64,000 nt of DNA from Callorhinchus milii (GCF_018977255.1 NW_024704743.1:12712001-12776000), one strand, 5' to 3'; counted from the first letter of the stretch, positions 50,895 to 64,000 are shown. The notes: generated from the letters alone by a model not told the origin. Translations and numbers: made by a program.

Positions 50895-51420
50895 AAGTAC
50901 CACATACAAAGCTCATGGCTAAAATAGGAGCATTTGGAATCATGAGAGACGTAGCAGAATGGATTCATGAATGGTTGGAAAAACAAAAGCAAAGAGTAGG
51001 ATTTAAGGGCATTTTTGCAAGCTGGCAAAAGGTAGAAAATGGTTCCATGTTGGGATCAGGAATTCAAGTTAGGACCGGTACTGTTCACCATATACATGTA
51101 GGATTTGGATTCAGGTATAGGGGTGGTGTCAAAATTTGCAAATGACACCAAACTGGGGTGTGTGGTAAACAATGAGGTGGATAAACAGATATAAACAATA
51201 CATAAACAGGCTAGCAGAATGGCAGACAAACAGCAAATAAAGTTCAATATATGAAAATGTAAAGCTTGGCAGAAAAATAAAGAAGAGGTCTATAGTCTAG
51301 AAGACTCTAGATGGTAGGAACTGAAGAGGAGTGAAGAAGTAAAGACACCTGGGGATTCAGATCCACAAATCTCTATAAGTATCTATGCAGGTAGATAAGG
51401 CTGTATAAAAAAGGGCCAAT
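50895..51420 (+). mobile_element. Old CR1 RT fragment, followed by L2 3' fragments to ~52145
   Basis: WIHEWL..QKQRV and KFANDTKLG remnants. Confidence 0.78.
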
Positions 51421-52789
51421 GTACGGTCAATGGTCGGGCCTTCAGCCTTTCTGCCCCCACCCTTTAGAACTCCATCCCACAGTTCTTAGATCTTCACATG
51501 AGGGAGAGGGGAATAGAAGGGTATGGGAGAGAGTGAGGAATGGGTGAAGATGTGTATAAACACCAGCATGGACTTTAGTGGTCTCGGCAGTCTTGATCCT
51601 GAGCCAGGTCAGTCCGCAGTACTCCAGGGCAATGCTGATTATAAACCAGACAGTCTGGCTCATCAGCAGAACTTTATAAACTAGCTGGACAAGCAGCAGG
51701 AAAGCTGTCAGACAGCACTCTCAACGACAAACTATGCGGTTTTAGCTGGTAAAATCCAGCAATGCCTCAACACACACTCTGGGATCTCCAAGTCTAGGCT
51801 CTTATCGACCAGTCCACTCCCTCCACTCCGGGGCTCTAGGGGGCTCCGGCATGCTCCATGTTCCCTGCCCGACCCACCCCACCATCAGCGGTCAGGCCAG
51901 CGCTTTGGGACGTCCTCCCGATGTGAAAGGCGCTCTATAAATGTAATTTTGCTTTTGTTGTCAAGCCTTTCTTCCCCCACCCCTTGGAACTTCATCCCAC
52001 AGTCCCTTCGCCTCGCCCCCTCCCTTGCCTCCATCAAGGCCTGTGTCATGACCCTCTTCTTCGACCGCGCTTTGATCACCCTCCTAACCCTACCCTCCCT
52101 GACCCCCAACCTTCAGTTCGGGTGCAAATCCTTGACTGTCCAGCATATTTATCCAATTTCCTTTAAATGGTGCTATGGTCTTCACTTCAACACAGCATCA
52201 AAAATTTAGATTAATATAGCAGCCTGCTTGTAGGACACCATCTTGGTACATGTGAGAAGAACAGGGGTCGGACACTGGGCAAGGGAGGAAGAAGAGGTGG
52301 GAAATGACTGTGTACAAAGTTAAGAAGTGATAAAATAATAATAAGTGATGATCCTTGCATTTGATATAGCGCCTGCTTTTCATGACAGGGTGACATCCCA
52401 AAGAGGTTCATAGGATTTGTTAAGTGGAGTGACTGAGTATTTTGTGGGCAAACGAGGCAGTCCAATTGCACACAGCAATTTTCCACAAACAGGCATGAAG
52501 TGAATGACCAGTTTTATTTGGGTATTCTTGACCTGGATACCAGAGAAACTCTCTTCTTTTTTCGAGTCATGCCATGGGATCCTTAACATCCACTTGAACA
52601 GACAGATAGAGCTTTGGTTAAATGTTTCATCTGAAGGACGGCACTCTGACAATGCAACACCTGCCAGTATTGCATTAGAGTACCAGCTTAGATCACTAGA
52701 GTTCAAGGCCTGATGTAAAGCTTGAACCCACCACTTTCTGACTCAGAGGCAAGAGTGCTACCGACTGAGCCAGAACGACAAAATATTTG

Positions 52790-53131
52790 CTCCTTATCAT
52801 GTCTTCGAGACATCTCAAAGTGCTTCACCGAATATATTGTAAAGTGAATTGGCTGTATATTTTGTGGGCAAAACGCGGCAGCGAATTGAGCATAGCAGTG
52901 TCAGACAAGTAGTCATGGATTGAGTGACCAAATTATTATTATTTTTTTTGAAGGGATTATTACCCCTGGAAGAACAATCCACCAATCGTCCAACAAACGG
53001 ATTCCTGTTTACTGCTAAACAGAGGTGTGTGTGGAGTAAGGAAACTTGGCCAACGTTTTGCCCTGCCCAAAAATTGATCCTGGATCCTCTCGCTTGCGAG
53101 GCAAGTGCTCCAGCCACCAAGCTACAGGACT
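52790..53131 (-). mobile_element. Deu-SINE long form
   Basis: Homologous to the other copies. Confidence 0.87.
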
Positions 53132-53805
53132 TCACTCTATGTTCTTTCATCGAATCTCCCCCTTATCTCACACATTGATATTTGATGGATTATCAACAGT
53201 GTTTGTTGAATGCACAATAACATGAATTTATATGGTGCCCTTCACATGGGATGACGTCTTGGAGTGTTTAATATTGGCTGATCGTGATGTTGAACTGCGG
53301 AGAGGGGGGAAGTTTGTACAGAGCAACATCTCAACAACAACCATGAGGCAAATGGCAAATTCATCTGGAGGATACCTACCGGATACCCACCCAACAATCT
53401 GTTGATGTTATGGCCATTGTTTTGCAGATAATCTGTAAATCACAGAATAAGATTGCAATTCTGAATGACTAAATACTACTTGATTCGGCAGGGAAACATT
53501 TAATGCATGAATAATCACCACAAAGAACCTTAAAAATACAAGTGTGTAATGAAGCCATGAAAACTAAAATTAGATGCATTTTCATGCACCAACATGTTCA
53601 CTGATTGAAAGTTTCAACATTATTTTGTTGGTTCCAAATGATATAAAAATCATGGATTACCATAACATTTGATAAATTTCAGCAACAAGCACTTCAACAA
53701 AATAAAAATAAGTTCCAAAGGAATAAATGTTGTCACCATTATTATAAATGTGTGATATTCAATGCTAATGGTATTAAGGTTTGTTTTTAAGATTAGAAAA
53801 TAATC

Positions 53806-54873
53806 TTGGTCCCCTCCACTTCAATATCTACATGCTCCCTCTTGGTGACATCATCCGAAGACATGAAGTCAACTTCCACATGTATGCGGATGACACCCAA
53901 CTCTACCTCTCTGCCTCCACCCTTGACTCCAGGACCACTGCTGTCCTGACAGAATGTCTGTCAGACATCAAGTCCTGGATGAGAACTAACTTTCTACAGT
54001 TGGACATTAACAAGACTGAGGCTCTCCTGATTGGCTCCCGTCAGTGGCTCTTCACCTCAGGCGCTGACAGCATCATCATCCAAGGATGCAAACTCCACCT
54101 TACTAAGCCAGTCCGGAACTTTGGCGTCTTACTTGTCCCTCAACTATACTTTCTATTCCACATCTGTGCCATGACCCGCTCTGCCTTCCCCCACCTCCGC
54201 AACATCGCTCGACTCTGCCAATGTTTCATACCGCAGACCGCCAAAACCCTCAAACATGCTTTCATTACATCTAGACTTGACTATGCAAACTCCTTGCTTT
54301 TCGGCCTCCCCATCTCCTCACTCCATAGACTGCAGATCATTCAGAACTCTGCAGCCCATGTCCTCTCCCGCACCAGGCTCCGCGACCCTATCACCCCCAT
54401 CCTCACCCAACTCCACTGGCTTCCCATCACACAGAGTTCACAGAGTTCCCGTCACACAGTTCAAGATCCTGGTCCTCACTTTCAAAGCCCTCCATGGCCT
54501 TGCTCCTCCCTACCTCTATGACCTCCTAACTCCCACCATCCTGCTCGCTCCCTCCGCTCAGCTGGCTCCAGCCTGTTTCATGTCCCCCACCTTGCTCGCT
54601 TCACTATTGACGGGCAGGCCTTCTGCCACTCTGTCCCCACCCTCTGGAACTCCATCCCGCAGTCCCTCTGCCTCGCCCCATCCCTTGCCTCCTTCAAGAC
54701 CCATCTCAAGACCCTCCTCTTCGACCGTGCTTACAATCTCCCTGCTCCCCCCCCTGCCCTCCACCCTTCTGAATCCCGACTCCCAGCTCGGGTCCGAAAC
54801 TCTGTCTGTCCAGTGCCTTGGGACATCCTCCTGACGTGAAAGGCGCTATACAAATGTAATTTTGTTGTTGTTG
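53806..54873 (+). mobile_element. L2 LINE, 5'-truncated
   Basis: [34 protein letters not shown]; (GTT)n tail. Confidence 0.93.
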
Positions 54874-55614
54874 TGGTTGTAATCCTATCATAGAAGCTGC
54901 AAATGTATCAATTGCATCCATAATAACGTCCACCTGAAAAAGTAGATAGGGCCTCAGTTTAATGTTGAAGGACGGCATTTCCAACAATGTAGTAGATCAC
55001 CAGCACTACACTGTAGTGTCAGCTTAGACAATACAATACATGGGGCTTGGACCCATATCCTTCTGACTCAGAGATGAGAGTGCAACTAACTGTGCCAGGC
55101 TGACACACCTGATTGGCTATTGATGGATGAATGGCTTTCTATGTGCTGTTGTTCCTTTGATCCCCCAAATCATTGCCAACCCTATCCTTTGCCTGCTATT
55201 GGACAGCTGTACAGTTTCCTTTCACATTCTCACGTCTAAATACAAATTTATTTTCAAAATACTTCTAGTCAGTCTCCAGAGGCTGAGTGCCCAAGCCTAT
55301 AAAACTAGCATCAAATATTAGGATAAACTCTTTAAATATGCACTCAATCTAAGGTCATGTCTTTCCTAAAATATAGTTCCATATCCTTAGCTCACTAAAA
55401 ATGATTCTCATAATAAAAATGCATCACTGCAGATTCATCCACATTTGATATTTAACTTGGGTACTAAGATAGAAAAATGTCTTTATAGTTATACTTCAAT
55501 AACTACAGTCATCCTGTGCTCCATTGAATATTAATGTTCAACATGGCAATTGTTATGAATTAAAAGGTTTTGATTTGTCCAATATACTCCATATCTTAAA
55601 ATATATCCCATCAC

Positions 55615-58112
55615 TGACAAAGCCATTTTAGATCACTACTTCATCTCCCTTAATTCCTCCATCCCCCTCCTTCCCACTCAACCCACCTCTACCTTCTACC
55701 GCCCTACTCCCATAAATCCCCCCAGTACACCAGCCACCTCTGATCCCTCAAGGCACAAGTGTGTGCCACCAAACGCCCCTGCACCAAATCAAACCTGACA
55801 GTCCATCGGCAGATCTGGCTAGACAATACCAAGGCCTATTGCTCCGCCCTCGCCTCTGTCAAATCTCCAAGACAGTCTTGGGAGGCCAAGGCTCCTCTTC
55901 TCCACCACAAACCGCCTACTCCGTCCACCTTCCTGCACCTCGCCCATCCTCTCCTCTAATTCCAACTGCAAGAAGATGTTGGACTTCCTTGAGTCCAAAC
56001 TCAAGGGTATTCGCTCGGTTACCTCTCCCCGTCTTCCGCTACCCCCTCCCCACCTGCGCCTCATAATCCAGCCCCTAACTATCCCTCCCTACACCCTTCA
56101 ATCCTGTCTCCCCCCCCTTCCCTCACCTCCATCATCTCAAAAATGAAGTCCAACACCTACTCCCTCGACCCTATTCCCACCCCTCTTCTTACCTCCCAGC
56201 TCCACCATCTGGCCCCTCTTTTAACCAATATCATCAACCAATCCTTATAATAATAAATGATAATAATCCTTGCATTTAATATAGTGCCATATCATATCTT
56301 CGAGACATTTGAAAGTGCTTCACAGCATATACTATAAAGTGAATTGACAGTATAAATTGTGGGCGAAACGCGGCAGCCAATTGCGCACAGCAGTGTCCTG
56401 CAAACAGTTGTGGATTGAAGTGACCAATTTATTATTTTTTTTTTGAAGGACTTATTACTCCCGGAAAAGCGATCCTCCAATCGACTAACAATCGGGTTGC
56501 TACTTACTGCTAGGTAAATAGAGGTGTGTGGAGTAAGGAAACAATATTTAGCTCTGCCGGGAATCAAACCCAGGTCTCTCGCTTGCGAGCCGAGTGCCTA
56601 ACCACTGAGCTACAGGACTCCACTGGCACTGTTCCCCACCTTCTAAAAACATCTGTCATCACCCCCATCCTCAAAAAACCTTCCCTGGACCCATCACTAC
56701 TCTGGAGCAATCACACCATCTCCAACTTCCCTTTCCTCTCCAAGACCCTGGAACAACTCGTCAAATCCCTGCTCCGCTCTTTCCTCTCCCACCATTCCCT
56801 CTATGAACCCCTCCAACCGGGTTTCTGTGTGCCCACAGTATGGAAACAGCCCTGGTCAAAGTCACTAACAACATCCTGTCCATTTGTAACCAGGCCTCTC
56901 TCTGGCTCCTTGTCTTCCTCCAGCTCTCTGGTTCCTTCGACACTGTCGACCATTCTATCCTCCTCCACTGCCTCTCTTCTCAGCTCAACTTTCATAGACC
57001 TGCTCTTGCCTGGTTTAAATCCTACCTATCCCACCGTCTCTACTTTGTCTCCACTAACAGCTTCTCCTCCAGGCCCCATACCATCACGTGTGGTGTCCCT
57101 CAGGGCTCTGTCCTTGGTCCCCTCCTTTTCAACATCTATATCCTCCCCACTTTGCGACATCATCCATAGACATGGGGTCAACTTCCACATGTATGCAGAT
57201 GACACCCAACTCCACTTCTCCGCCTCCACCCTTGACTCCAGGACCACTGCTGTCCTCACAGACTGTCTGTCAGACATCAAGTCCTGGATGAGCGCTGACT
57301 TTCTCAAGTTGAATGTAAACATGACCGAGGCCCTCCTGCTCGGCTCCCGTCAGCGCCTCCGTACCTCGGGTGCTCTATGGATGCACTCTACACCTCATGG
57401 AGGCAATATGGAACCTCAGCCCTCAGCTGTCCTTCACCTCCCACAACCGTGCCATGACCCGCTCCACTTTTCCCTAACTCTGCAATATTGCCGGGCTTCA
57501 CGACTGTTTCTCACCGCAGGCTGCCAGGACCCTCATACACGCGTTCATCACATCTGTACAAACTCCCTGCTTGTCGACCTAACTTCTCCCTCCACAAGCT
57601 GCAGATCACCCAGAACTCTGCAGCCTGTGTCCTTTCCCGCACCAGGCTCCACGACCCTATCACCCCCATTCTCACCAGGTTCCACTGTCTCCACATCACT
57701 CAGAGGATATAGTTCCAAGATTCTGGTGCTCACCTTCAAAGCTCTCCACAGCATTGGCCCTCCCTACCTCTGTCACCTCCTAACCCCCTACCAATCTGTC
57801 CACTCCCTCCACTCAGCGGGCTCCGGCCTGCTTCACGTCCTGCGTCTAGCTCGCCCCACCATTGGTGGGCGGACCTTCAGTCTCTCTGCCCCACCCAGAC
57901 TCTCTGGAAATCCATCTCACATTCCCTTCACCTCACCCCTCACTTGCCTCCTTCAAGACCTGTCTCATGACCCTCATCTTTGGTCAACCTCTTACCCCTA
58001 CCCTCCCTGCCCTGCAGATCCCAACCACCAGCTCAGGTACAGATCCCTGACTGTCCAGCGCCTTTAAACACCCTCCTGACGTGAAAGGCACTATACAAAT
58101 GTAATTTGTTGT
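55615..58112 (+). mobile_element. Older L2 LINE interrupted by a SINE
   Basis: RT motifs including [10 protein letters not shown]; tail at 58080-58112. The 513-aa ORF here is a frame-switching mosaic. Confidence 0.9.
56246..56623 (-). mobile_element. Deu-SINE long form inserted in an L2
   Basis: Full head-to-tail copy; the L2 sequence resumes on both sides. Confidence 0.9.
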
Positions 58113-58700
58113 TCTCACAATGTTCTGAACTGACACTAAATGGAGTCAGTTTTGGGGAAATTTCTGTGTCCAAATCGGCTGCCGCATTCACCTACAAATT
58201 TACTGTTGCTACAATTACAGTGAGATGTTTTGATGATGTGATCAAATGCACCGATAATAATAATAATCCAATCCCATTCTCCTGCTCACTTCCCATACAC
58301 TTAAATTATGAACACTGAAATAAGAAATAGGAGCATTGTTTCAATATTGCAATTCTCAGCACACTTCTTACCTTTAAAATTTCTTTCAATGGTTCGGTTG
58401 GGAGTTGACTTTTCAACTAAAAGTGAAATTGATCATTTCACTGTCTTTAAAAATGGATGAAACTTAACACAATTAATCGTCATTATTTGTTCACATTTAT
58501 TCATTATAGTTAATTATTTTAAGATAACTGAAATATACATTTATATATCAATGTCTATCCTTTTGAATTAAAAAGCATTGTTGTTCACCATTAATTTACA
58601 TATGCAAAACATTTGAAACCACAAAGCTGTCAGTCACTGAGGATTTGTAACAAAAATGATTTTTTACCATATTAAACTTGTTCATGCAAATGTGACTTAC

Positions 58701-60117
58701 AATCCAAATAAAAATCTGGCAATCAAGACAGGTCCACAGAAGAAAGCCTACATCTTGCTTCAAGTACTTCTGTTTTAGGCTTTAAACATCAAGAAGATCA
58801 ACAGCTCTGTTGCAGGTAAACAAATGCCTTGTGTAATTCTTTGTTCTTCTACCAATTAATACTGCTTTGAACATCCTACGTTCATCATTGAATATTATAG
58901 CAAGTGTTAGAAATGGCAGCTGCGCTGAGCTCCTAGTGCGCTTTCTATTAGTAAAGCTGTACCTTTACCAAGAGCTTTGTTATTCCACAGATACTCAGTC
59001 TGCAACCTTGAAGTTTCAATGAATTGTACCTTATTTAATAACAATTTTGAATGTTTTTCACTTTGAATTATACAAAACGAGATAACGTGTTACATAAAGC
59101 ACTCTATGGCATATTTTTGTTACGATAGTCTCTCCTACGATAGCTACCACCAAATGTATACAATAAACTCCTAATAATTCACATCACTCCAAAGGGAAGA
59201 GTTGACGAGTTATCCGGAGTGTCGGGAAGCAGGCAGTAGGCTTGATTTGAAAAGTGGAAATGTATAAAGATAGCATCCAGAATCTGGCAATATTTTGTAC
59301 AGAACATTGCCTCAGAAAATAAACAGGTAAAATAAATCTTTGCATGTTATATAGCACCTTTTACATCGGGAGGATGACTTTTTTTTTAGTGCCCAAATTG
59401 CAACACAGGAACATTGCAGTTTGTGAGTATTGAAAGGTTCCGAAAGGTTTTCTTGGTACCCGACCAACCAGCAGCTAAGCCAGCACTGAAAGCTTGAGTG
59501 ACATTTTCAAGTTGAAAGTTATCACCATTATTCCCATAGAGAAGGAGGAGAACAAGGAGAAGGATGGTGGTGCCATGCTCCTCCAATGACCCCCTCACAC
59601 TAAATAATAGTCTTATGCTGTATCAAACATTACAACCACACGGCACTTGCAGTCAAGCCACCTTAGAGGGTAAGATTTATGAGGGGACAGTAAATGGCAG
59701 AGCACTTAACACTAAAGAGGTGAGGCAGAAAAAGGATGGGAAATGTGGCAGCACACTGAGACCCCTTCAGAAGAGGTGATTCAGTGTGCAGCAGCGAGTG
59801 GTCAAGGGGGTGTCCTTTCTCTATCCTGACGACACACCTTGAGGGCCTGTACACTTGTTCCCTCACACAGGGTATTGGTCACACTCGGTCAGGTTACTGA
59901 GCCCACAAGGAGCAGTCAGCAGTTGGAAACTAGGACGAAGAAACACACAGAAAAGTTCACTGATGATAGGGACATTGGTAGGGTTATAAATATGTACAGA
60001 GATTTCTTTCATCATACTTAAACAAATATTTTGAGCGTCAATTGTAGTCATTAAACTTTTCTCTGTGTTTTATGTTTGTACTTCCTCCGCAGATATCTTT
60101 ATACCAAACCTTGTAGT
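58701..60117 (-). pseudogene. Pseudo-exon(s) E2, interrupted by a retroelement tail at ~59331-59378
   Basis: gtattttag|A at 60117; GATT|GTAAGT at 58701. CLFSEAMFCTKYCQI (~59280-59325) resembles KIAA0825 FLYPESEVIIKYQNI. Multiple short minus-strand ORFs. Confidence 0.5.
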
Positions 60118-60332
60118 CTAAAATACCAAATGAACCCAGAGTTTACACTGCTCCAAAGAGCTGCATCTATGTGGCACTAATGGTACTCTCAAAATGACAC
60201 AATTTCTTATTTTAAGAAACACCTCCCAGAACAGGAGAAAATGTGAGACCCTTTCCAGGTTTGGACTACATAGTTGTATTTCCACAAAATCAATGCAAAC
60301 AGCCTATGGGAATTTTGCATGTAAATTTATCC

Positions 60333-61105
60333 ACTCCGTACCTCGGGCACTGACAGCATCATCCTTCATGGATGCACTCTACACCTCATGGAGCCAATAC
60401 GGAGCCTCGGCATTTTCTTCAATCCTCAACTGTCCTTCATCCCCCACATCCGTGCCAAGACCGGCTCTCCCTTTCCCCACCTTCGCAACAATGCTCGCTC
60501 TGCCATTGTCTCTCACCGCAGGCTGCTGAGAACCTCATCCACGCATTCATCACATCCAGGCTTGACTACGCAAACTCCTCCCTCCACAGACTGCAGATCA
60601 ACGATCCTCTCCAACTCCAGGCTCTGCGACCCTATCACCCCCATCCTCACCTGGCTCCACTGGCTTCCCATCACTCAAGAGGATACAGTTCAAGATCCTG
60701 GTCCTCATCTTCAAAGCCCTCCATGGTCTTGCTCCCCCCCTACCTCTGCGACCTCCTAACCCCCTACCATTCTGCTCACTCTGCTCAGTGGGATCTGGCA
60801 TGCTTCATGTCCCCCCCTCGCTTGCCCCACTATTGGCGGGTGAACCTTTTACCACTCTGCCCCCACCCTCTGGAACTCCATCCCACAGTCCCTCCACCTC
60901 ACCCCCTCCCTTGCCTCCTTCAAGACCCATCCCAAGACTCTCCTCTTCAACTGTGCTTTTGATCACCCTGTTTCCCCCACTGCCCTCCACCCTCCCCGAT
61001 CCCGACCCCCAGCTCGGGTTCAAAACTCTGTCTGTCCAGTGGTTTGGGACGTCCTTCCAACGTGAAAAGCGCTTTACAAATGTAATTTTATTGTTGTTGT
61101 TGTTT
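60333..61105 (+). mobile_element. L2 LINE 3' fragment; further 3' pieces at 61376-61442(-), 61583-61875(-), 61930-62067(+)
   Basis: LIHAFITSRLDYAN and LHWLPI remnants; L2 stem-loop and (GTT)n tail. Confidence 0.9.
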
Positions 61106-62462
61106 CCTTCCCTCCTTCCACCGTTACAGATGCCTCTGCTAGAGGGAAGAGTTGTCCACTATCTAACCTGTCATTTCCTTTCATTATTAAATACCTTTTA
61201 AGTCACTTCTTCCGACCACTAAGGAATAAATATATATATATATATATTCATCTGATATAGCATCTTATAATGGCTTTGAGATGTCTTAAAGCGCATCACA
61301 GAATATACTGTAAAGTGAATTGACTGTGTATTTTATTATTATATATACATACACAGTATATATGTATATATAATATAACAACAGCAACAAAATTACATTC
61401 AGATAGCGCCTTTCACGTCGGGAGGACATCCCAAGGCGCTGGGTGACCAGACTTTCATCATGGTTCAGTCACTTAACCTCAGGTATTAACATAGTGAAGA
61501 GTCGCTGGACACCCTCCGAGGCTGGGATCAGATGACCAAAACTGAACACAATACTCCAACTGAGATCCGACGAGCACTCTACTACAACAATAACAAAATT
61601 ACATTTGTAAAGCGCCTTTTATATTATTATTATTATTATTTTACATCGGGAGGACGTCCCAAGGTTGCTGGACAGTCAGAATTTCGGATCCAAGCTGGGG
61701 GTCGGGGTCGGGGAGGGTGGAGGGCAGGGGGGGAAGCAGCGAGATCCAAAGCATGGTTGAAGAGGAGGGTTTTGAAATAGGTCTTGAAGGAGGCAAGGGA
61801 CGGGGTGAGGCGGAGGAACTGCGGGATGGAGTTCCAGAAGGTGGGGCAGAGTGGCAGAAGGCCCGCCTGCCAATGCAGTTTCCATAGTCCAGCCTCGATG
61901 TAATGAAAACTATATAACTGGAGTAGCAAACCTTTCTTTTCGACCGCGCCTTTGATCACCTTCCCCCCCCCCTCCCCCTGGCTCAGTCCCGGGATCCGAA
62001 ACTGTAAAGCGCTCTGAGACGCCGTCCGGCGTGGAGGGCGCTATATAAATCCAAGTTGTTGTTGTTGCTGGCAACTCCTTTTATACTCCAGATCTCTTGT
62101 TTGTTTGTGGCGAAGAATATTGCATCCAAAGCACCTATGCAAAGAAAATTCTCTCTTCCCTTCATCCCACCAACCCCCTCCACCCCGTTCTCTTGTTACG
62201 TTTCACCAACTAAATATACAGTTAATTCACTTCACAGTATATTGTGTGAAGCGCTTTGAGACATTTCGAAGACGTGATAAAGTGCTACATCAAATGCAAA
62301 GATTATTATTTTTAATTCAGCTACACAAATTCCAAATTCTCATGCATCAGATAAGAAATGAAAATTCCACGATATGAAGGTACAAGTCTAACAAAGTGTT
62401 TTATTGATTGAATTCCAATAGATATCTAATTTCTATAGGAAGTTGCACTTATAAACTTTTAC

Positions 62463-63276
62463 CTAGGTCATTTTGTGAGTCTTGAAACACATTAAAGCAA
62501 AATAACTTTCCTTGGTCAGGGAAAAGGTAATTGAATATTTTTCTGAGTTGAGATTGTCTATATTTGAATATGGTCCAACTCTAAGCAAAAGATCTAGAAT
62601 TTCTGCACAAGGCACCATAAAAAATTCATACAAACAGAAATAATTCAAATTCCTTCACTTTATTGTCAGGAATTATGCAGGGTTTTGCCTCTCTTCTTTT
62701 AGAAATGTTGTCATATCGATCAGACCCTCCTACAACATCCAGGGTCTGAAGATTATGAACACAGGTGACATCTTCTTGCACAGCTACACATCAATCAAGA
62801 ATTCAAAATCTTCTCTTCTGAAGATGACCGTACTTAAGTATAGTGTAAGGTCTGAATTACAATGCTCTTCAGGATAGAAGTTTGCATTCTGTCTCTTTTG
62901 TAACAATAATCCTATAACATTAATCCTTGTATTTGATATAGTGCCTATACTTGGACAGATTTCGAATGCTTCTTCTTAGTACAAACTCTGAAGTAAGCTG
63001 CATAACCATCTGTGATGTTTTGGAAGTGGTGAAAGGTAACAACTATTGTGATCCTAATGGTTCTAATGGTCAAATGTAGGAAGCAAGCTGCCAAGGAGCA
63101 ACATGCAAGAATATCAATTTATCTTGGATCTGGGCTTTACTCTTCAGCAAGTTGCTGACATTTCGTGTGGCGAAGTCTCTGTTGACTGACTAACTGAATT
63201 AAGATACCTTGGTAATTATGGACAATAATAAGACTCTCCATTCCTATGTTTGTAGTGTTCCGAGGTGATATCCTTT
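62463..63276 (-). pseudogene. Pseudo-exon E1, interrupted by a 27-nt SINE-tail insertion
   Basis: tgtccttcag|A at 63276; CTAG|GTAAAA at 62463. Protein-like broken frames (e.g. YEFFMVPCAEILDLLLRVGPY); no family motif recognised. Confidence 0.35.
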
Positions 63277-64000
63277 CTGAAGGACATAAGATAAATGCAA
63301 GCTGTTGTTGTTGGAGGAGTGCTGCATTGTCAGAGGTGCCGACCTTAAGATGGGACATTAAACTGACGTCTCGTGTGCCTATTCAGGTGGACATTAAAGA
63401 TTCCATGGCACTATTCAAAAAGAGAAGGGGATTCCTCCAAATATGCACTCCATATTTGGGCCACGATCCCCCAAATAAAATTGGTCATTCACTTCATGGT
63501 TGTTTGTGAGACATTGCTATTCACACAATTAGCTGCCATGTTTGCCCACAAAACACACAGTCACTACACTTGGCAGTAAAAGCACTTTGAAACATGTTGA
63601 CAAATGTGATAAGGTGCTACATCAAGTATAACAATTTTTCTATTATAAGAGTTGCTTTGTCTTTAGTATAGATATCCCATCTTCAAATCACACCTGAAGA
63701 CTTTCCTCTTCGACTGCGCCTTCAGTCACCTCTTTCCAGCTTGGCATAAGCTATGGTGATTCCCATGGGCTTAGACAAGCCGCATGGGATCCCCCTTCAG
63801 GAAAAATATATTTTGCAGCCTAGAATTGCTAAATATAAACTCTGTTTCCGTGAATTCTCAGCATCTGAGACAAGAGATCTTATGGCAAGTTGTTGCGGCG
63901 TACATTTACGCACCGAGCTGATGAAAAAAAAGTTCACCATGTTTCATTCAAATAAAATGAATGGCGAGAGCATCAGGAACATAAAGACGTCCTCTATATA

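Larger units (their letters stand above)
10640..63276 (-). pseudogene. Decayed multi-exon gene, KIAA0825-like (DUF4495) by collinear motif matches; 5' end probably outside the window
   Basis: About 12 non-repetitive minus-strand blocks, most bounded by AG/GT, with protein-like but stop- and frameshift-disrupted frames. Motifs appear in the same order as in human KIAA0825 recalled from memory. See the individual exon features. Confidence 0.6.

Noticed and set aside
56526..58067. 513-aa ORF
   Set aside because: It begins in an antisense SINE and drifts in and out of the L2 RT frame; not a functional ORF2.
58779..58815. Possible plus-strand micro-exon (ttttag|…CAG|gtaaac); similar + signals at 22979-23142
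   Set aside because: These are isolated and lie antisense within minus-strand pseudo-exons; no coherent plus-strand gene emerges.
63790..64000. Possible further minus-strand pseudo-exon at the window edge
   Set aside because: Only short open stretches, with no clear donor or motif; cannot be supported without flanking sequence.

Overview
Repeat-rich vertebrate genomic DNA, most likely from a cartilaginous fish (the tRNA-head/Deu-domain/L2-tail SINE resembles the elephant-shark EshSINE1/SINE2-1_CM type; this is inference). Roughly half of the window is L2 and CR1 LINE fragments, tRNA-derived SINEs, two hAT DNA elements, Penelope-like hairpin remnants and simple repeats. Almost every long ORF in the supplied track is retroelement- or satellite-derived. 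Two non-repeat signals lie on the minus strand. (1) An open, CpG-associated coding exon at 4072-4306 with a strong donor, probably an alternative first exon of a PHACTR-family gene that continues off the left edge. (2) About 12 exon-like blocks between ~63.3 kb and ~10.6 kb, mostly with canonical splice signals. They carry stops, frameshifts and retroelement micro-insertions, and their translations show collinear motif matches to KIAA0825 (DUF4495). This suggests a highly diverged, decayed KIAA0825-like gene. All protein-family assignments are by-eye comparisons with remembered sequences, not database searches.
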